Part shown: positions 19,226 through 28,530 of the stretch, piece by piece | How positions within the stretch are numbered: the stretch's first letter is position 1 | How the letters are laid out: every line of letters starts with the position of its first letter | Origin: a virus | DNA: 64,000 nt | Strand: one strand, 5' to 3' | Virus record (IMG/VR): IMGVR_UViG_3300047323_000545 | Notes under the pieces: generated by a model | The model's input: only the letters and a program-made list of their open reading frames with translations | Told to the model about the DNA's origin: nothing | Database searches by the model: none | Program-made: the position numbers and the translations under genes

Positions 19226-19858
19226 TCAGTGCCAGGAGTCGAAGCCGCTGTCGCTCAGGTCGTCGAGGGTGAGGTCTGCGGTCGGCGTGACCACGATCTT
19301 CGAGAGCGGGACGATGACGCCGGTCTCCGGGTCCGGCGTGAAGTCACCGATCAGGTCGATGGCCAGGGTCCGCTCGTAGACCACCTCGTCAGTACCCCAC
19401 GGCGTGCCCGGCTCGGCCGACTCCCCGGTCGACTCGATCTCGTCCGTCCGGACCGTCAGATCGATCAGGTCGTTGTCCGCCAGGTAAGAGCGGAACCGGC
19501 CGCGCAGCGAGTCGAACCCGGACCAGGCGATCGTCGCCACCAGCTCGTCGTAGACCCGGTCCCGCTCCACGCTCGACAGAGCGACGACGACGAACTCCCA
19601 GGAGCCTTCGAACCGGAAGCGCGTGTACGGCGCGACACGGCCGCCGTCGACCGGGTCGGTGTCCTCGACGTGCGAGACGCCCGCCTGCCGCAGAGGGCCC
19701 GTGTCGCTATAACGCACCCAGACCTCGGGGAAGCTGGACTTGTCGACCGGGTACTCCAGCGAGCAGTGCAGCCCCCGGAACTCCGCCACGGGGTACTGGT
19801 CATCGAAGGCCGCGTGCAGGGCCTCGATCGCGAGGGTCTTCACCCTGGTGACGTACAT
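19226..19858 (-). CDS. Tail completion/terminator-like protein
   Basis: Position upstream of the sheath gene; EYPVDKSSFPEVWV. Confidence 0.6.
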   Translation of the reverse strand: MYVTRVKTLAIEALHAAFDDQYPVAEFRGLHCSLEYPVDKSSFPEVWVRYSDTGPLRQAGVSHVEDTDPVDGGRVAPYTRFRFEGSWEFVVVALSSVERDRVYDELVATIAWSGFDSLRGRFRSYLADNDLIDLTVRTDEIESTGESAEPGTPWGTDEVVYERTLAIDLIGDFTPDPETGVIVPLSKIVVTPTADLTLDDLSDSGFDSWH

Positions 19859-20583
19859 CAGCGGAACTCCTCGCCGTGCAGGCGGACGTTGTTTCTCCAG
19901 CCCCGGTCAGCGACGTAGACCCGCTCGGCCAGCAGGCCGTTCTTCTGCGCCGCCAAGGTCATGGACGTGTTCAAAAAACTCCGGGGCTTCAACCCCGGGT
20001 GGCGCCACCAAACACCGATGTTCCCCGGGTGGATCGCACCCGGCCTCTTCCCGGGCCGGGTCCAAGGCTGCTTGGCCTCGCGCCAGCCGATACGGCCGGG
20101 AGCGCCCGGGTAATGAGCCGGAGAATCGGAGACGAGCACCTTCAGACCGGTCTTCGGGTCCTTCTTGTAGACCTTCTTCCGCTCCCCGATCTTGGCAGCG
20201 CGCCGGAAGATCAACACCTGAATCTTGCCGGTCTCCGTGGTGCGCGTCTTCGCCTTCGGGTTGTCGCGGCGCTCCTGGCCGGTCGGGTCGTCGATCCACA
20301 TCGGGATGACCTTCCCGGCCAGCGAGCGCATGGTGAACGGCTTCGTGCCGTGGTCTTGGTACCAGACGACGTCGGTGGACCAGGAGATCCCGAAGTAGCC
20401 CTTGCCGTACAGCGGCTGCAGGCCGCGCGCGGCTGCGCCGGTGAGCTTCGGCATCCGGCGCCGGGCCTGCCGTACGGCCTCCCGGGCCGCAGCCTGGGCG
20501 CGCTTCGGGGGGAGCCCCTTCTCGACCATGATCATGCGGTCGGGGTGGGTGACGAGGTGGACCTCTGGGACCTCGACCAGCAC
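19858..20583 (-). CDS. Neck/virion morphogenesis protein
   Basis: Basic; YQDHGTKPF...WWRHPGLKPRSFL, resembling HK97 gp10-like neck proteins. Confidence 0.6.
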   Translation of the reverse strand: MLVEVPEVHLVTHPDRMIMVEKGLPPKRAQAAAREAVRQARRRMPKLTGAAARGLQPLYGKGYFGISWSTDVVWYQDHGTKPFTMRSLAGKVIPMWIDDPTGQERRDNPKAKTRTTETGKIQVLIFRRAAKIGERKKVYKKDPKTGLKVLVSDSPAHYPGAPGRIGWREAKQPWTRPGKRPGAIHPGNIGVWWRHPGLKPRSFLNTSMTLAAQKNGLLAERVYVADRGWRNNVRLHGEEFR

Positions 20584-20584
20584 G

Positions 20585-20992
20585 TCATTCCCCGTAGTAG
20601 TGCACGTCGGCGAAGGTGCCGTGCTTGACCGGAACGTGTGAGAGACCGGCGGCGTCAGCAGCGACGAGGCGCTGGTGACCGTCGACCACCTCGGGCGGGG
20701 ACTGCTCGTAGTCGATCCGGACGGGCTTCTGGACGCCTCTCTGACGTACGTCCTCGACGAACTCCTTCATGGCCGGATGCTCCATGTCGAAGTTCTCCTT
20801 CGCCTCGTCCCAGGAGCCTGCGTCGGCGAAGGAGAAGTTGTGCTTGATGTTGTCCAGGGACTCCTGGGTGGGGTGCTCGGTCACGGCCCCATCCTCTCCT
20901 GCATGGGAGCTGCCCAGGGCAGCCTCGACGGACCGTCTGGCCTGATCGACGATCTCACTCCACACCAACGTCACAGCGCCTCCTCTGCTCAC
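20585..20992 (-). CDS. Small ParB/Srx N-terminal-domain protein (start may be about 20971)
   Basis: VEDVRQRGVQKPVRI...VVDGHQRLVAA...HVPV. Confidence 0.75.
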   Translation of the reverse strand: MSRGGAVTLVWSEIVDQARRSVEAALGSSHAGEDGAVTEHPTQESLDNIKHNFSFADAGSWDEAKENFDMEHPAMKEFVEDVRQRGVQKPVRIDYEQSPPEVVDGHQRLVAADAAGLSHVPVKHGTFADVHYYGE

Positions 20993-21023
20993 CTCTTGAG
21001 GGCGACGGAGGAGGCGCGGACAG
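20989..21023 (-). promoter_or_regulatory. Putative late promoter (CTGTC-N21-AAGAGGTGA)
   Basis: Motif copy. Confidence 0.7.
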
Positions 21024-21042
21024 CGCTACGGTGCGACGCGAG

Positions 21043-21528
21043 TCAGGCAGACGCAGCCCATTGTTCGCCCCGGGACTGCTGGCAAACTACGCACTGTCGC
21101 CCCCTCCCGTCGGGCCGGACGTACACGTTCTCGCCCGCCAACTTATGTCCGGCCTTGCAGTGCGTCTTCCTGGTGTTCTGGTTGGCGGCCCTCCCTCTCA
21201 GCACCTTGTCGGCCACGTTGTCGGCGTGAGTGCCAGCCAAGAGATGGTGCGGGTTCACGCACGGCGGGTGGTCGCATCTGTGTCGAACGACCAGGCCGAG
21301 AGGCACAGGTTCCCCGTTGTGCAGCTCCCAGGACACCGGGTGCGTGCGGCGAGAATGCCCGTTGAGGCGGAAGACTCCGTATCCGTTTGAGTCAGTAGCC
21401 GCACCCCAGACCCAGCAAGGTCCGTCCAGTATTCGAGGGCCGTCCCGATCCACCTTCGACCAGAAGCGGACCTCCCAGTCGCTCACCCTGCCGATGACCG
21501 TAAGGCGTCTATTGGCACCAGAACTCAC
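21043..21528 (-). CDS. HNH homing endonuclease
   Basis: RFWSKVD..GPCWVW..GYG..VRHRCDHPPCVNPHHL..THADN; C-terminal THCKAGH...C..C; GTG start overlaps the thyX stop. Confidence 0.88.
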   Translation of the reverse strand: MSSGANRRLTVIGRVSDWEVRFWSKVDRDGPRILDGPCWVWGAATDSNGYGVFRLNGHSRRTHPVSWELHNGEPVPLGLVVRHRCDHPPCVNPHHLLAGTHADNVADKVLRGRAANQNTRKTHCKAGHKLAGENVYVRPDGRGRQCVVCQQSRGEQWAASA

Positions 21529-22256
21529 GGTGCCACCCGACCGTTCTTGTTGAACGCCTCGTAGGTGATCGGCATGAGCCGGGCCCACTCTGCTTCCATC
21601 TGCTCGGCAACCATCTCGATCTCGCGCTGTGGGTAGCTCTTGACCTTGGCGTCAGGATGGGTGGTACGCAGAGACAGGAAGTGCATGAGGGCTCGGGCAT
21701 TCGTAGTCACGTACATCGACGAGAACAGGCCCACCGGCAGGACAGAGCGAGCGACCTCACGGGCGACGCCCGCCTTCAGCATGCCCTGGTAGCTGTCGTA
21801 CGCCTCCTGGTAGGCGAGGGTCATCTGCGCGTAGGTCTCGTCGGCCTGCTCGACGGTGCCCTTGACGAACTCGTATTTCCCGGGCTTCCCTTTCTGGACG
21901 AGCTTGCGGTCCGGTCCCGGCACGTAGAACACCGGCTCCAGCTCGCGGTACCTTCCGCTCTCCTCGTTGTAGCTGAACCCGACCCTGTGGCGCATGAACT
22001 CGCGGAAGACGAAGATCGGGGCCTGCACGAAGAACGTCATCGAGTTGTGCTCGAACGGCGAGCCGTGCCGGTCCCGCATCAGATAGTTGATCAGGCCCTT
22101 GGACTTCTCGGGGTCCTTGCGGATCTCCCGCAGGGACATCTCCCCGGCGGTGGAGACACGAGCGGCGAAGATGACGTCGGCGTCGTCGGCAGCGGCCTTG
22201 ACCAATCCGACGGTGACGTCATCGCGGAAGGTGAGGTCGTAGTCCTCTGTGGGCAT
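21525..22256 (-). CDS. thyX: FAD-dependent thymidylate synthase (in-frame ATG at 22412 would add 52 aa)
   Basis: HGSPFEH, RHRVGFSYNEESGRY, AREVARSVLP. Confidence 0.95.
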   Translation of the reverse strand: MPTEDYDLTFRDDVTVGLVKAAADDADVIFAARVSTAGEMSLREIRKDPEKSKGLINYLMRDRHGSPFEHNSMTFFVQAPIFVFREFMRHRVGFSYNEESGRYRELEPVFYVPGPDRKLVQKGKPGKYEFVKGTVEQADETYAQMTLAYQEAYDSYQGMLKAGVAREVARSVLPVGLFSSMYVTTNARALMHFLSLRTTHPDAKVKSYPQREIEMVAEQMEAEWARLMPITYEAFNKNGRVAP

Positions 22257-22466
22257 GGCGGTACCCCTTGGTGTGGTGGTTGTGGCTTCGTCTTCCGGCA
22301 GCTGGTCCGGCATGAGGTTCAGCACGTAGACCAGCCGCTTTTCCAGTTCTTCGTCGGTGAGGGGACGGAAGTCCCCACGGCCGTCTTCTTCTTGCTCAGG
22401 CGTTGGTTCCATGCACTACTGGACGACGCACCCGAGGCGCTTGTTACACCTCTCCCAGTACGTGGC

Positions 22467-23132
22467 TCAGTCTCGCTCGTACAGCGGAATCAGCGGAGCC
22501 CGAATTACTTCTATGTCGGCGAAACTGGGAGGAGTTGACCCAAACCGGGACAGGATGGCGATGAGGTCGCTGGGGTTCGGCGGGATCGTGTAGGCCACGG
22601 AGTCCTCGTCCTCGACGGCCGCCCGGGTCAGGTTGTACGCCGTCCCGTCGTCCCTCTGGTGCGGGGTCCCGAAGCCGGTGCGCAGCGTGGTGCGCTGCGG
22701 GGTCCGCAGCTGCAGGCGCTCGCCGGTGGCGCGCATGGCGTAGTCGCCGCCGTGGACGCGGAAGTCGCTGGTGGTCTCCATGTGGACCTCCTGCGGCGAG
22801 ACGACGCCCCGGGCGGTGAAGCTCTGGCCGTCGTCGGCGTCCGTGAAGATGGCCGGGCGCACGATGAGCGCGCGGTAGCCGCCCTCAAAGCGCGTACCGA
22901 AGCAGGAGGGGCACTTGTTCCGCGTCGCCTGCCCGTACGCCTTGGAGATGCGGTCGGACGCGCACACCGTGCACAGGCCGACGAGCCCGGCATCGTGGTC
23001 GCGCGCCGTCCACAGCAGGCAGAACAGGGTGTTCTCACCCATCATCCACAGCGCCTGGTCGTGCCGCTGGCGCTCCTGCTCGACGGCCCAGTTCTGCTGG
23101 GTGCGGACGTACGTCCCCCGAGTCGTCTTCAT
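22467..23132 (-). CDS. Head-tail adaptor/neck protein with Zn motif
   Basis: MKTTRG start; CTVC...CPSCFGTRFEGGY. Confidence 0.65.
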   Translation of the reverse strand: MKTTRGTYVRTQQNWAVEQERQRHDQALWMMGENTLFCLLWTARDHDAGLVGLCTVCASDRISKAYGQATRNKCPSCFGTRFEGGYRALIVRPAIFTDADDGQSFTARGVVSPQEVHMETTSDFRVHGGDYAMRATGERLQLRTPQRTTLRTGFGTPHQRDDGTAYNLTRAAVEDEDSVAYTIPPNPSDLIAILSRFGSTPPSFADIEVIRAPLIPLYERD

Positions 23133-23305
23133 CAGCTCGCCGGGACGGGGACGACGCTCTGGGCCGAGAACACGGCCGTCCGCGTGGCCGCCGGGATCTG
23201 CCCGTACTGGGCGGCCGAGAGGATGACGACGTCGCCGCCCTGGTAACGGTTGCCGTTGGGCAGCACGACGTCGACCAGACCGGCCTTGAGGGTGACGCTG
23301 TACAC
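23132..23305 (-). CDS. Small hypothetical virion protein (57 aa, below track cutoff)
   Basis: Manual: VYSVTLKAGLVDVVLPNGNRYQGG...; GGAGA SD; stop overlaps the next ATG. Confidence 0.65.
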   Translation of the reverse strand: MYSVTLKAGLVDVVLPNGNRYQGGDVVILSAAQYGQIPAATRTAVFSAQSVVPVPAS

Positions 23306-23317
23306 GGGGTTCTCCGA

Positions 23318-23494
23318 TCAGGTGGAACGGCCAGGGCAGATGTGCAGGATCCGGAACTTCTCGGCTTCGTAGAGAGAGACCACGACATGACCGTGGCCGC
23401 AGACTCGGTGCGTGCACACGACCTGGTTGACCTCGACGTTGTCCAGGTCAAACTCGACAGACGGTGCAGGACCTTCTTGGGCGCCACCGGACAT
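23318..23494 (-). CDS. Small Cys/His-rich protein (58 aa, below track cutoff)
   Basis: Manual: MSGGAQEG...CTHRVCGHGH...HICPGRST; AAGGAGG SD. Confidence 0.5.
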   Translation of the reverse strand: MSGGAQEGPAPSVEFDLDNVEVNQVVCTHRVCGHGHVVVSLYEAEKFRILHICPGRST

Positions 23495-23513
23495 GGCCCC
23501 TCCTTGTTACCGA

Positions 23514-24389
23514 TCAGTAGAAACGGGTGAGCCACCTCGGACGCGCGGCCTCGGACAGCGGCAGCCGGGTGGGCCCCCAACGTCCATAGGCCCCGCCACT
23601 CACGAGGACCCGGGCGGTGCCGAGCCCCATGTGGGCGATCTTGAAGGTGTCAAGCTGGGACTTCAGGACCTCCTGCTCGCCCTGCAGGATCACGCCCCAG
23701 CGGTCCATGTAGTCCCGCCGGTCCAGCCGCGAGACACCGGAGCCGGACTGCACCTCGGGCTGCTCGACGTACGAGCGCATCAGGTGCCGCAGGCACTCCA
23801 CATACAGCGAGGACTCCAGCAGAGAGCCCCACTTGTCCACCGGGAAGCTGGCGCCGCCGTCACCGTCGATCGTGTACGTCTGGTACGGCTGGGCGGCCGT
23901 ATTGAGGCGGCCAACGGCGATCCGCAGCAGCTGCGCGAGGCGGTTCCGGCCGAAGTTGGACTGGACGTACGTCTGCAGGTGCGGGCCTTCGGTGGCGTAG
24001 TCGAACAGGTCGCTGAACCGGTTCCATGTCTGCTCGATCACCCCCTTCATCGAGTCGGCCAGCCGGTCGTACTCCGGGGCCGCCTTGCCGACCTCCAGCC
24101 AGAACCGCCACTCCTCCTCGGACCCAGCCACGGTGTACGTCCACACCAGGACATACGGGCCTGGAGCGGCCGTCTCCTTGGACGACAGGCGCACCGTGTA
24201 CTGGCCGACGCCCGGGTGGTCGGCCGCGCGGGAGAACACCGACGTCTGGGCATCGTCGTCATGCAGGAGCGCCACCGTGACGGCAGCGTCGGCGTCGCCG
24301 GGCGCGCCGTCACGCATGACCTGCAGGCCGAAGTCCCCCGCCGCGTAGCGGGAGATATAGGCCCGGTCGGTGTACTCGTCGGCCGCCAT
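23514..24389 (-). CDS. Head-tail connector protein
   Basis: Head module position; N-terminal Ig-like strands, helical C-terminus. Confidence 0.6.
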   Translation of the reverse strand: MAADEYTDRAYISRYAAGDFGLQVMRDGAPGDADAAVTVALLHDDDAQTSVFSRAADHPGVGQYTVRLSSKETAAPGPYVLVWTYTVAGSEEEWRFWLEVGKAAPEYDRLADSMKGVIEQTWNRFSDLFDYATEGPHLQTYVQSNFGRNRLAQLLRIAVGRLNTAAQPYQTYTIDGDGGASFPVDKWGSLLESSLYVECLRHLMRSYVEQPEVQSGSGVSRLDRRDYMDRWGVILQGEQEVLKSQLDTFKIAHMGLGTARVLVSGGAYGRWGPTRLPLSEAARPRWLTRFY

Positions 24390-25048
24390 CACGTGTCCTG
24401 CGAGTTGACGAGCATCGCCCAGCCACGCACCGACGCCAGGCTCACCGACACCGTCGACGTGGTCGACGTCGGGGTCGTGTAGAAGTGGATGCCGAAGTTG
24501 TGACTGCCCACCCCGACCGTGCGCAGGCCGTCAGCCCCCATCATGTAGTGCCGCGACCAGCCCGCACCGGAGGTGTTCGTCTGCTGCACGCGCATGTACG
24601 ACGAGGTGCTGCCGATCTGGGAGTCACTGCCGTCGACCTGCGGACGTGCTGCGACGTTCGCCGTGTAAATGGACTGGCACTGGAACTCGACCTCCAGGTG
24701 CACCAGGAGCGCACCAGGCCGGTTCACCGTGAAGGTGGCCATCTTGTAGTAGACATGCGTGTCCTTGCCCATCGCGGCGTTGGGCTGCACGTACCCGGTC
24801 CACACCGGCGCTGCGTCGAGGAGCGCCCGCCACGCGGTACCCGTCCACACCAACTCGCGCCGGGTGTCGGTCTCGTAGATGCGCAGACCGGTCTGAGCAC
24901 CGCCCCAGGCGGGCCGGGAGCCGGACGTGCAGACATAGGTGCCCGGGTAGGCGTCGATCTTGCCGTTGTTGTCATTGAAATCTTGGCGGAGGAAGGGATC
25001 GGACTGATCCCACGTCTTCAGCCCCAGCCGTGGTGTCGTACCGGACAT
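24389..25048 (-). CDS. Virion fibre/collar-like protein
   Basis: TTPRLGL..W...DFNDN..KID; IYETDT..LVWTGTAW fibre motif. Confidence 0.65.
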   Translation of the reverse strand: MSGTTPRLGLKTWDQSDPFLRQDFNDNNGKIDAYPGTYVCTSGSRPAWGGAQTGLRIYETDTRRELVWTGTAWRALLDAAPVWTGYVQPNAAMGKDTHVYYKMATFTVNRPGALLVHLEVEFQCQSIYTANVAARPQVDGSDSQIGSTSSYMRVQQTNTSGAGWSRHYMMGADGLRTVGVGSHNFGIHFYTTPTSTTSTVSVSLASVRGWAMLVNSQDT

Positions 25049-25072
25049 CGCCGCCCTCTCCTCGTGTCGCCT

Positions 25073-25107
25073 TCGCCCCTTGGCGGCCGGGAGGCGGGCG
25101 TGAACAG
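25073..25107 (-). promoter_or_regulatory. Putative late promoter (CTGTT-N21-AAGGGGCGA)
   Basis: Motif copy next to a terminator. Confidence 0.7.
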
Positions 25108-25110
25108 CAA

Positions 25111-25144
25111 GCGGCCCCGTCCCGGAGTCGTGGGACGGGGCCGC
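25111..25144 (-). terminator. Terminator hairpin
   Basis: gcggccccgtccc...gggacggggccgc. Confidence 0.65.
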
Positions 25145-25158
25145 TCAGCCAGCTGGGA

Positions 25159-26166
25159 TCAGACCACGGTGTAGTTGTTCGACGGAGTCGACGTGGCGCT
25201 CTGCAGCTGGCCGATCGCGGTGACGGTGAACGTGATGACGTTCGACACCGTCAGGCCGGGCACGTTGGCCGTCAGGACGGCCGGGCCGACGTGGACCTTC
25301 TGGCCAGTGGACGCGGTGACGTCGTAGCCGCCGGACGGCTGTCCGGTCGACGGCGCCGTCCAGGTCACGTTGGCGGTGGTCGTCGCACCGGCCGCCACGG
25401 TGGGCTTACCAGGCGCGGTCGGCGCCCCGTACGAGCCCTGCTTGATCGACCCGTCCTGGTTGTAGATCGGGTTCGCGACGTTCTTGGACGACAGCGCCAC
25501 CGGACGGACCTCGTCCTCGTTGTTCGGAGCGACGGCCGCCGCCGAGAACGGGCTGAACGCGCCGTCGCCGTTCCTGTTCACGGCCGCCACGCGGAACTTG
25601 TACGACTGGCCGCCCTTCACGTTGTCGAACCGCCAGCTGGTCACGTTGGCGGGCGCGTAGACGTGGCCGCCGGTGTCCGACTCGATGACGTACTGGGTCA
25701 CCTTGGCGTCCGCACCCGGGTTGGAGACCGGCGTCCAGGACACCGTGATGGACCGGTCCCCAGCGACGGCCGTGGGCGCGGCCGGGGCGACCGGCACAGT
25801 CGTGGTACCGGCCGGGACGGCGCCGAACGCTGCGGTGTCCTGGGTGCCGGACATCAAGAAGAGCGGGTTGATGGGCTGAGTGAGCCCGTTGCCAACCGGC
25901 GAGTCCGTCTTCGTGGTGTCCGCGTTCGCAGCCGCCGGAGGAGCCGACGGCGCCTTGTACGGCTGCTGCTTGTCGATCACCGTGGAGACCGTGGTCTCCT
26001 TGGTACCCGAGATCGCAGTCGACGTCGCCGCCCAGCCACGGGCGTCAACTGCGCCTGCACCGTTGGTTTCGGGCTGCGAGACCGGGCTGGGAGCAGCGCC
26101 CGGCTGACCCTTGGTACCGATCGAACCGTCGGTCTGGTAAGTGCTGGTCTGATCAGTCGCGGCCAT
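25159..26166 (-). CDS. Fibronectin type III repeat virion decoration protein
   Basis: Two FN3 domains (ITVSWTP...YKFRVAAVNRNGDG; ANVTWTAP...FTVTAIG). Confidence 0.82.
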   Translation of the reverse strand: MAATDQTSTYQTDGSIGTKGQPGAAPSPVSQPETNGAGAVDARGWAATSTAISGTKETTVSTVIDKQQPYKAPSAPPAAANADTTKTDSPVGNGLTQPINPLFLMSGTQDTAAFGAVPAGTTTVPVAPAAPTAVAGDRSITVSWTPVSNPGADAKVTQYVIESDTGGHVYAPANVTSWRFDNVKGGQSYKFRVAAVNRNGDGAFSPFSAAAVAPNNEDEVRPVALSSKNVANPIYNQDGSIKQGSYGAPTAPGKPTVAAGATTTANVTWTAPSTGQPSGGYDVTASTGQKVHVGPAVLTANVPGLTVSNVITFTVTAIGQLQSATSTPSNNYTVV

Positions 26167-26180
26167 CGCAGCCCGCTCCT

Positions 26181-26501
26181 TTACTTGTCAGCAGGCGCAG
26201 GCGCCTGCGCCTTCTTGGCCGGGGCACGCTTGGCGCGGGCGGCCGTGGAGGGCTTCTCCTCGACCTTGGCCTCGGCCTCGGGCTCCGTCACCGGCCCAGA
26301 GGGACCGTTTTCGGCCGCCTTCTGCTCCGGCTCGGGCTCTGTCTTGACAGGCGTCTCCTGGGGGATGTGGTCCCCCTCGAAGACCTCGGCGCCGAAGGCG
26401 ACGGCCACATGGTCGAGGTTCGCGTACGGGCTGCCGCCGACGCCGGATGTGTCGAGCGTGCCGGTGACCAGCAGCGCCCGCTCGTGATCGCTCATGCTCA
26501 T
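26181..26501 (-). CDS. Hypothetical protein
   Basis: MSMSDHER start; Pro/Glu/Lys-rich tail. Confidence 0.6.
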   Translation of the reverse strand: MSMSDHERALLVTGTLDTSGVGGSPYANLDHVAVAFGAEVFEGDHIPQETPVKTEPEPEQKAAENGPSGPVTEPEAEAKVEEKPSTAARAKRAPAKKAQAPAPADK

Positions 26502-26506
26502 GTGAC

Positions 26507-26890
26507 TCACGCCTTGAAGAGGGGTTCGATGACGACACGGAGGGGCTTGTCGACGGCCTTGTAGGACTCGTCGGACTCGTCCCACTCGCTGACCACACGA
26601 ATCGCGGTCAGCGGCTTCTCGTCCTGCGGCTGACGTTCCTTGACGTGGCCGAGCACTCGCAGCAGATCCGGGTCCGCCGAGATGTCGTCGTCGATGACCA
26701 GCACGCCTCGCTGCACCGCCTTCACGAACGGCGCCAGCAGGGCCGTGTCGCGGGAGACGAACTGGATGTCACCGCCAGCCTCGTCGCCCTGGCCCTCGAA
26801 GCGCAGGTACGACTTGGGCTTGTCGGGGTCCGGGGTGACGACGACGACGCCGCCCGACGGGTTGGAAACCTGGAGCTGCTGGACAGGCAT
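26507..26890 (-). CDS. Hypothetical head-associated protein
   Basis: MPVQQLQ with GAGGAGG SD. Confidence 0.7.
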   Translation of the reverse strand: MPVQQLQVSNPSGGVVVVTPDPDKPKSYLRFEGQGDEAGGDIQFVSRDTALLAPFVKAVQRGVLVIDDDISADPDLLRVLGHVKERQPQDEKPLTAIRVVSEWDESDESYKAVDKPLRVVIEPLFKA

Positions 26891-26922
26891 GATGCCTCCT
26901 CGGTCAAGGGACGGATCCTCCG

Positions 26923-26957
26923 TCACCCCTTGAGCGGCCCAGCAGCACCCCAGACAG
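26923..26957 (-). promoter_or_regulatory. Putative late promoter
   Basis: CTGTC-N21-AAGGGGTGA. Confidence 0.75.
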
Positions 26958-27042
26958 CACTCAACCCCCGGGAAGGGGGAACCCGGGGGTTGAGGCTGGC
27001 GGCCGGAGAACGGAGCCGCAGAGGGCCCACCACAAACCCTCT
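26958..27042 (-). ncRNA. Candidate small three-hairpin RNA
   Basis: Lies between a late-promoter copy (27043-27077) and a perfect 13-bp hairpin (26960-26994); pyrimidine-rich loops CCGUUCUCC and UUCCCCCUU. Confidence 0.45.
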
Positions 27043-27077
27043 TCACCCCCTATGGATGGAGGCGGCCCGGGAGACAG
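27043..27077 (-). promoter_or_regulatory. Putative late promoter (CTGTC-N21-AGGGGGTGA)
   Basis: Motif copy with no credible ORF before the next hairpin. Confidence 0.65.
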
Positions 27078-27199
27078 TGACTGTGGCCGAAATTCTCTCC
27101 CGATGACAGAATTACGGATGGTGGGGTTCCAACTACCGCGCGAATGTGTCAAGGTGAGAATATGTCACCCCGCCAGACGACACACCGAGCGCACGCCCG

Positions 27200-27368
27200 G
27201 CGGTGACCCTGGTCCCCCTTCGGGGGCCAGGGCTCACGACGGTCCCGACCGCCCGCCCACAGGTCGGAGGCCATGAGCCTATGGCGGCGCCCCCGAAGCC
27301 TGTGGGCATGACGGAGGCCCCCTCTGGTCCGTCCTAGGGATCAGAGGGGGCCTTCGTCGATCATGCCA
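27200..27368 (+). ncRNA. Candidate plus-strand structured RNA
   Basis: cUUCGg-capped stem at about 27203-27237 and a long G-U-containing stem at 27305-27367. Confidence 0.35.
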
Positions 27369-27543
27369 GACCCAGGAGCTTCAGGAGATCCTCGCGGCTG
27401 GCCGGAGGTGGCACCAGGTCCTCCTGCTTCAGGACCACGAACGGGATGTCCTTCTCACGGGAAAACGAAGATGGGCCCGCCGCCTTGTTGGCGACGAGCC
27501 CACCTATCTGCCCTGGTCAGGTGCTATACAGACACCCAGCCAC

Positions 27544-28530
27544 CTAGGACTTAACGATCTTGGCCAAACCCCTGGGGTTCAAGATCAACATGGATACCAT
27601 CTCGTCGAAGACCCAGCCCTTCCAGAAGGACTCGACTCGGTGGTTTTCCTCGACGTCCAGCGAGTACAGGACCGGGAAGACACCCAGGAACTGCGGGTCC
27701 GGCGTCAGGAAGATCGTGTTCTGGGGGATGACGATCGAGCGCTGGATCTGGAACTCGCCGAACGAGGTGATCGTCTCGCCCGCGACGACGCGGTCCTTGA
27801 ACGCCCAGCCGGTCTGGTTGATGTCCCACCGGTACATGTCCCGGTAGTCCATCGGGTTGATGAGGATGCGGCTGGACTGCAGCTCGTGCATGTCCGTCAT
27901 GGAGACGGCCGAGTACAGCGAGCCCGGGGTCAGGTAGCCGCTGGCTTCCGTGATGACGTGGTTCGGGGTGACCGTGTGGTCGGCCCGGCCCGCGTAGTCG
28001 GAGATGGCGGCCTGCAGGATGGTGACGAGGCGGCTGTCCTCCTGCTTGAGGATGGCCTGCTTGGTCTCGTCCTGGGCCTGCTCGACCGCGTTGATGCGGA
28101 GGTAGAGCAGGTCTTCCTTGCGGATGGCCGGGCGCGAGGCGATGCGGAAGAAGCGCACCTGGATGCGCTTGCCTTCGAACGGCGTGATGCGGACTTCGCC
28201 GTCCGTGCCGGACATGATGTACGCCTGTCCGAGGTCGTCCCAGACGTCGTACTCGACCGGGGTACCGGGGGTGCAGGGGTCCTCGACGAGGACGTTGCGG
28301 GTGATGCCCTGGTATCGGAGCTTCAACTGGATCGGGCCGATCATGCCCACGCCGAGGCGCTTGATCCCGTTGACGGAGTCGGAGGCGACGGCCTGGAGGC
28401 GCTGGCGCTTGGCCTCGAAGGAGAGCGGCTGGTTGCCACGAGACTCGCGACGGGCGAGGATCTCGGAGACGTAGTCGTCCGACTTCTTCGCGGTGCGAAC
28501 GTGGCCGGTGGCGGCGGGCGCTGCGGTCAT
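27544..28530 (-). CDS. Major capsid protein
   Basis: 328 aa from MTAAPAAT; HK97-type C-terminus (GWVFDEMVSMLILNPRGLAKI); follows scaffold and decoration genes; very strong codon bias. Confidence 0.88.
   Translation of the reverse strand: MTAAPAATGHVRTAKKSDDYVSEILARRESRGNQPLSFEAKRQRLQAVASDSVNGIKRLGVGMIGPIQLKLRYQGITRNVLVEDPCTPGTPVEYDVWDDLGQAYIMSGTDGEVRITPFEGKRIQVRFFRIASRPAIRKEDLLYLRINAVEQAQDETKQAILKQEDSRLVTILQAAISDYAGRADHTVTPNHVITEASGYLTPGSLYSAVSMTDMHELQSSRILINPMDYRDMYRWDINQTGWAFKDRVVAGETITSFGEFQIQRSIVIPQNTIFLTPDPQFLGVFPVLYSLDVEENHRVESFWKGWVFDEMVSMLILNPRGLAKIVKS

Noticed and set aside
22262-22292. ACCCCTTGG before the thyX internal ATG as a late promoter
   Set aside because: No CTGTY element at 20-22 nt; better explained as an AAGGGG Shine-Dalgarno
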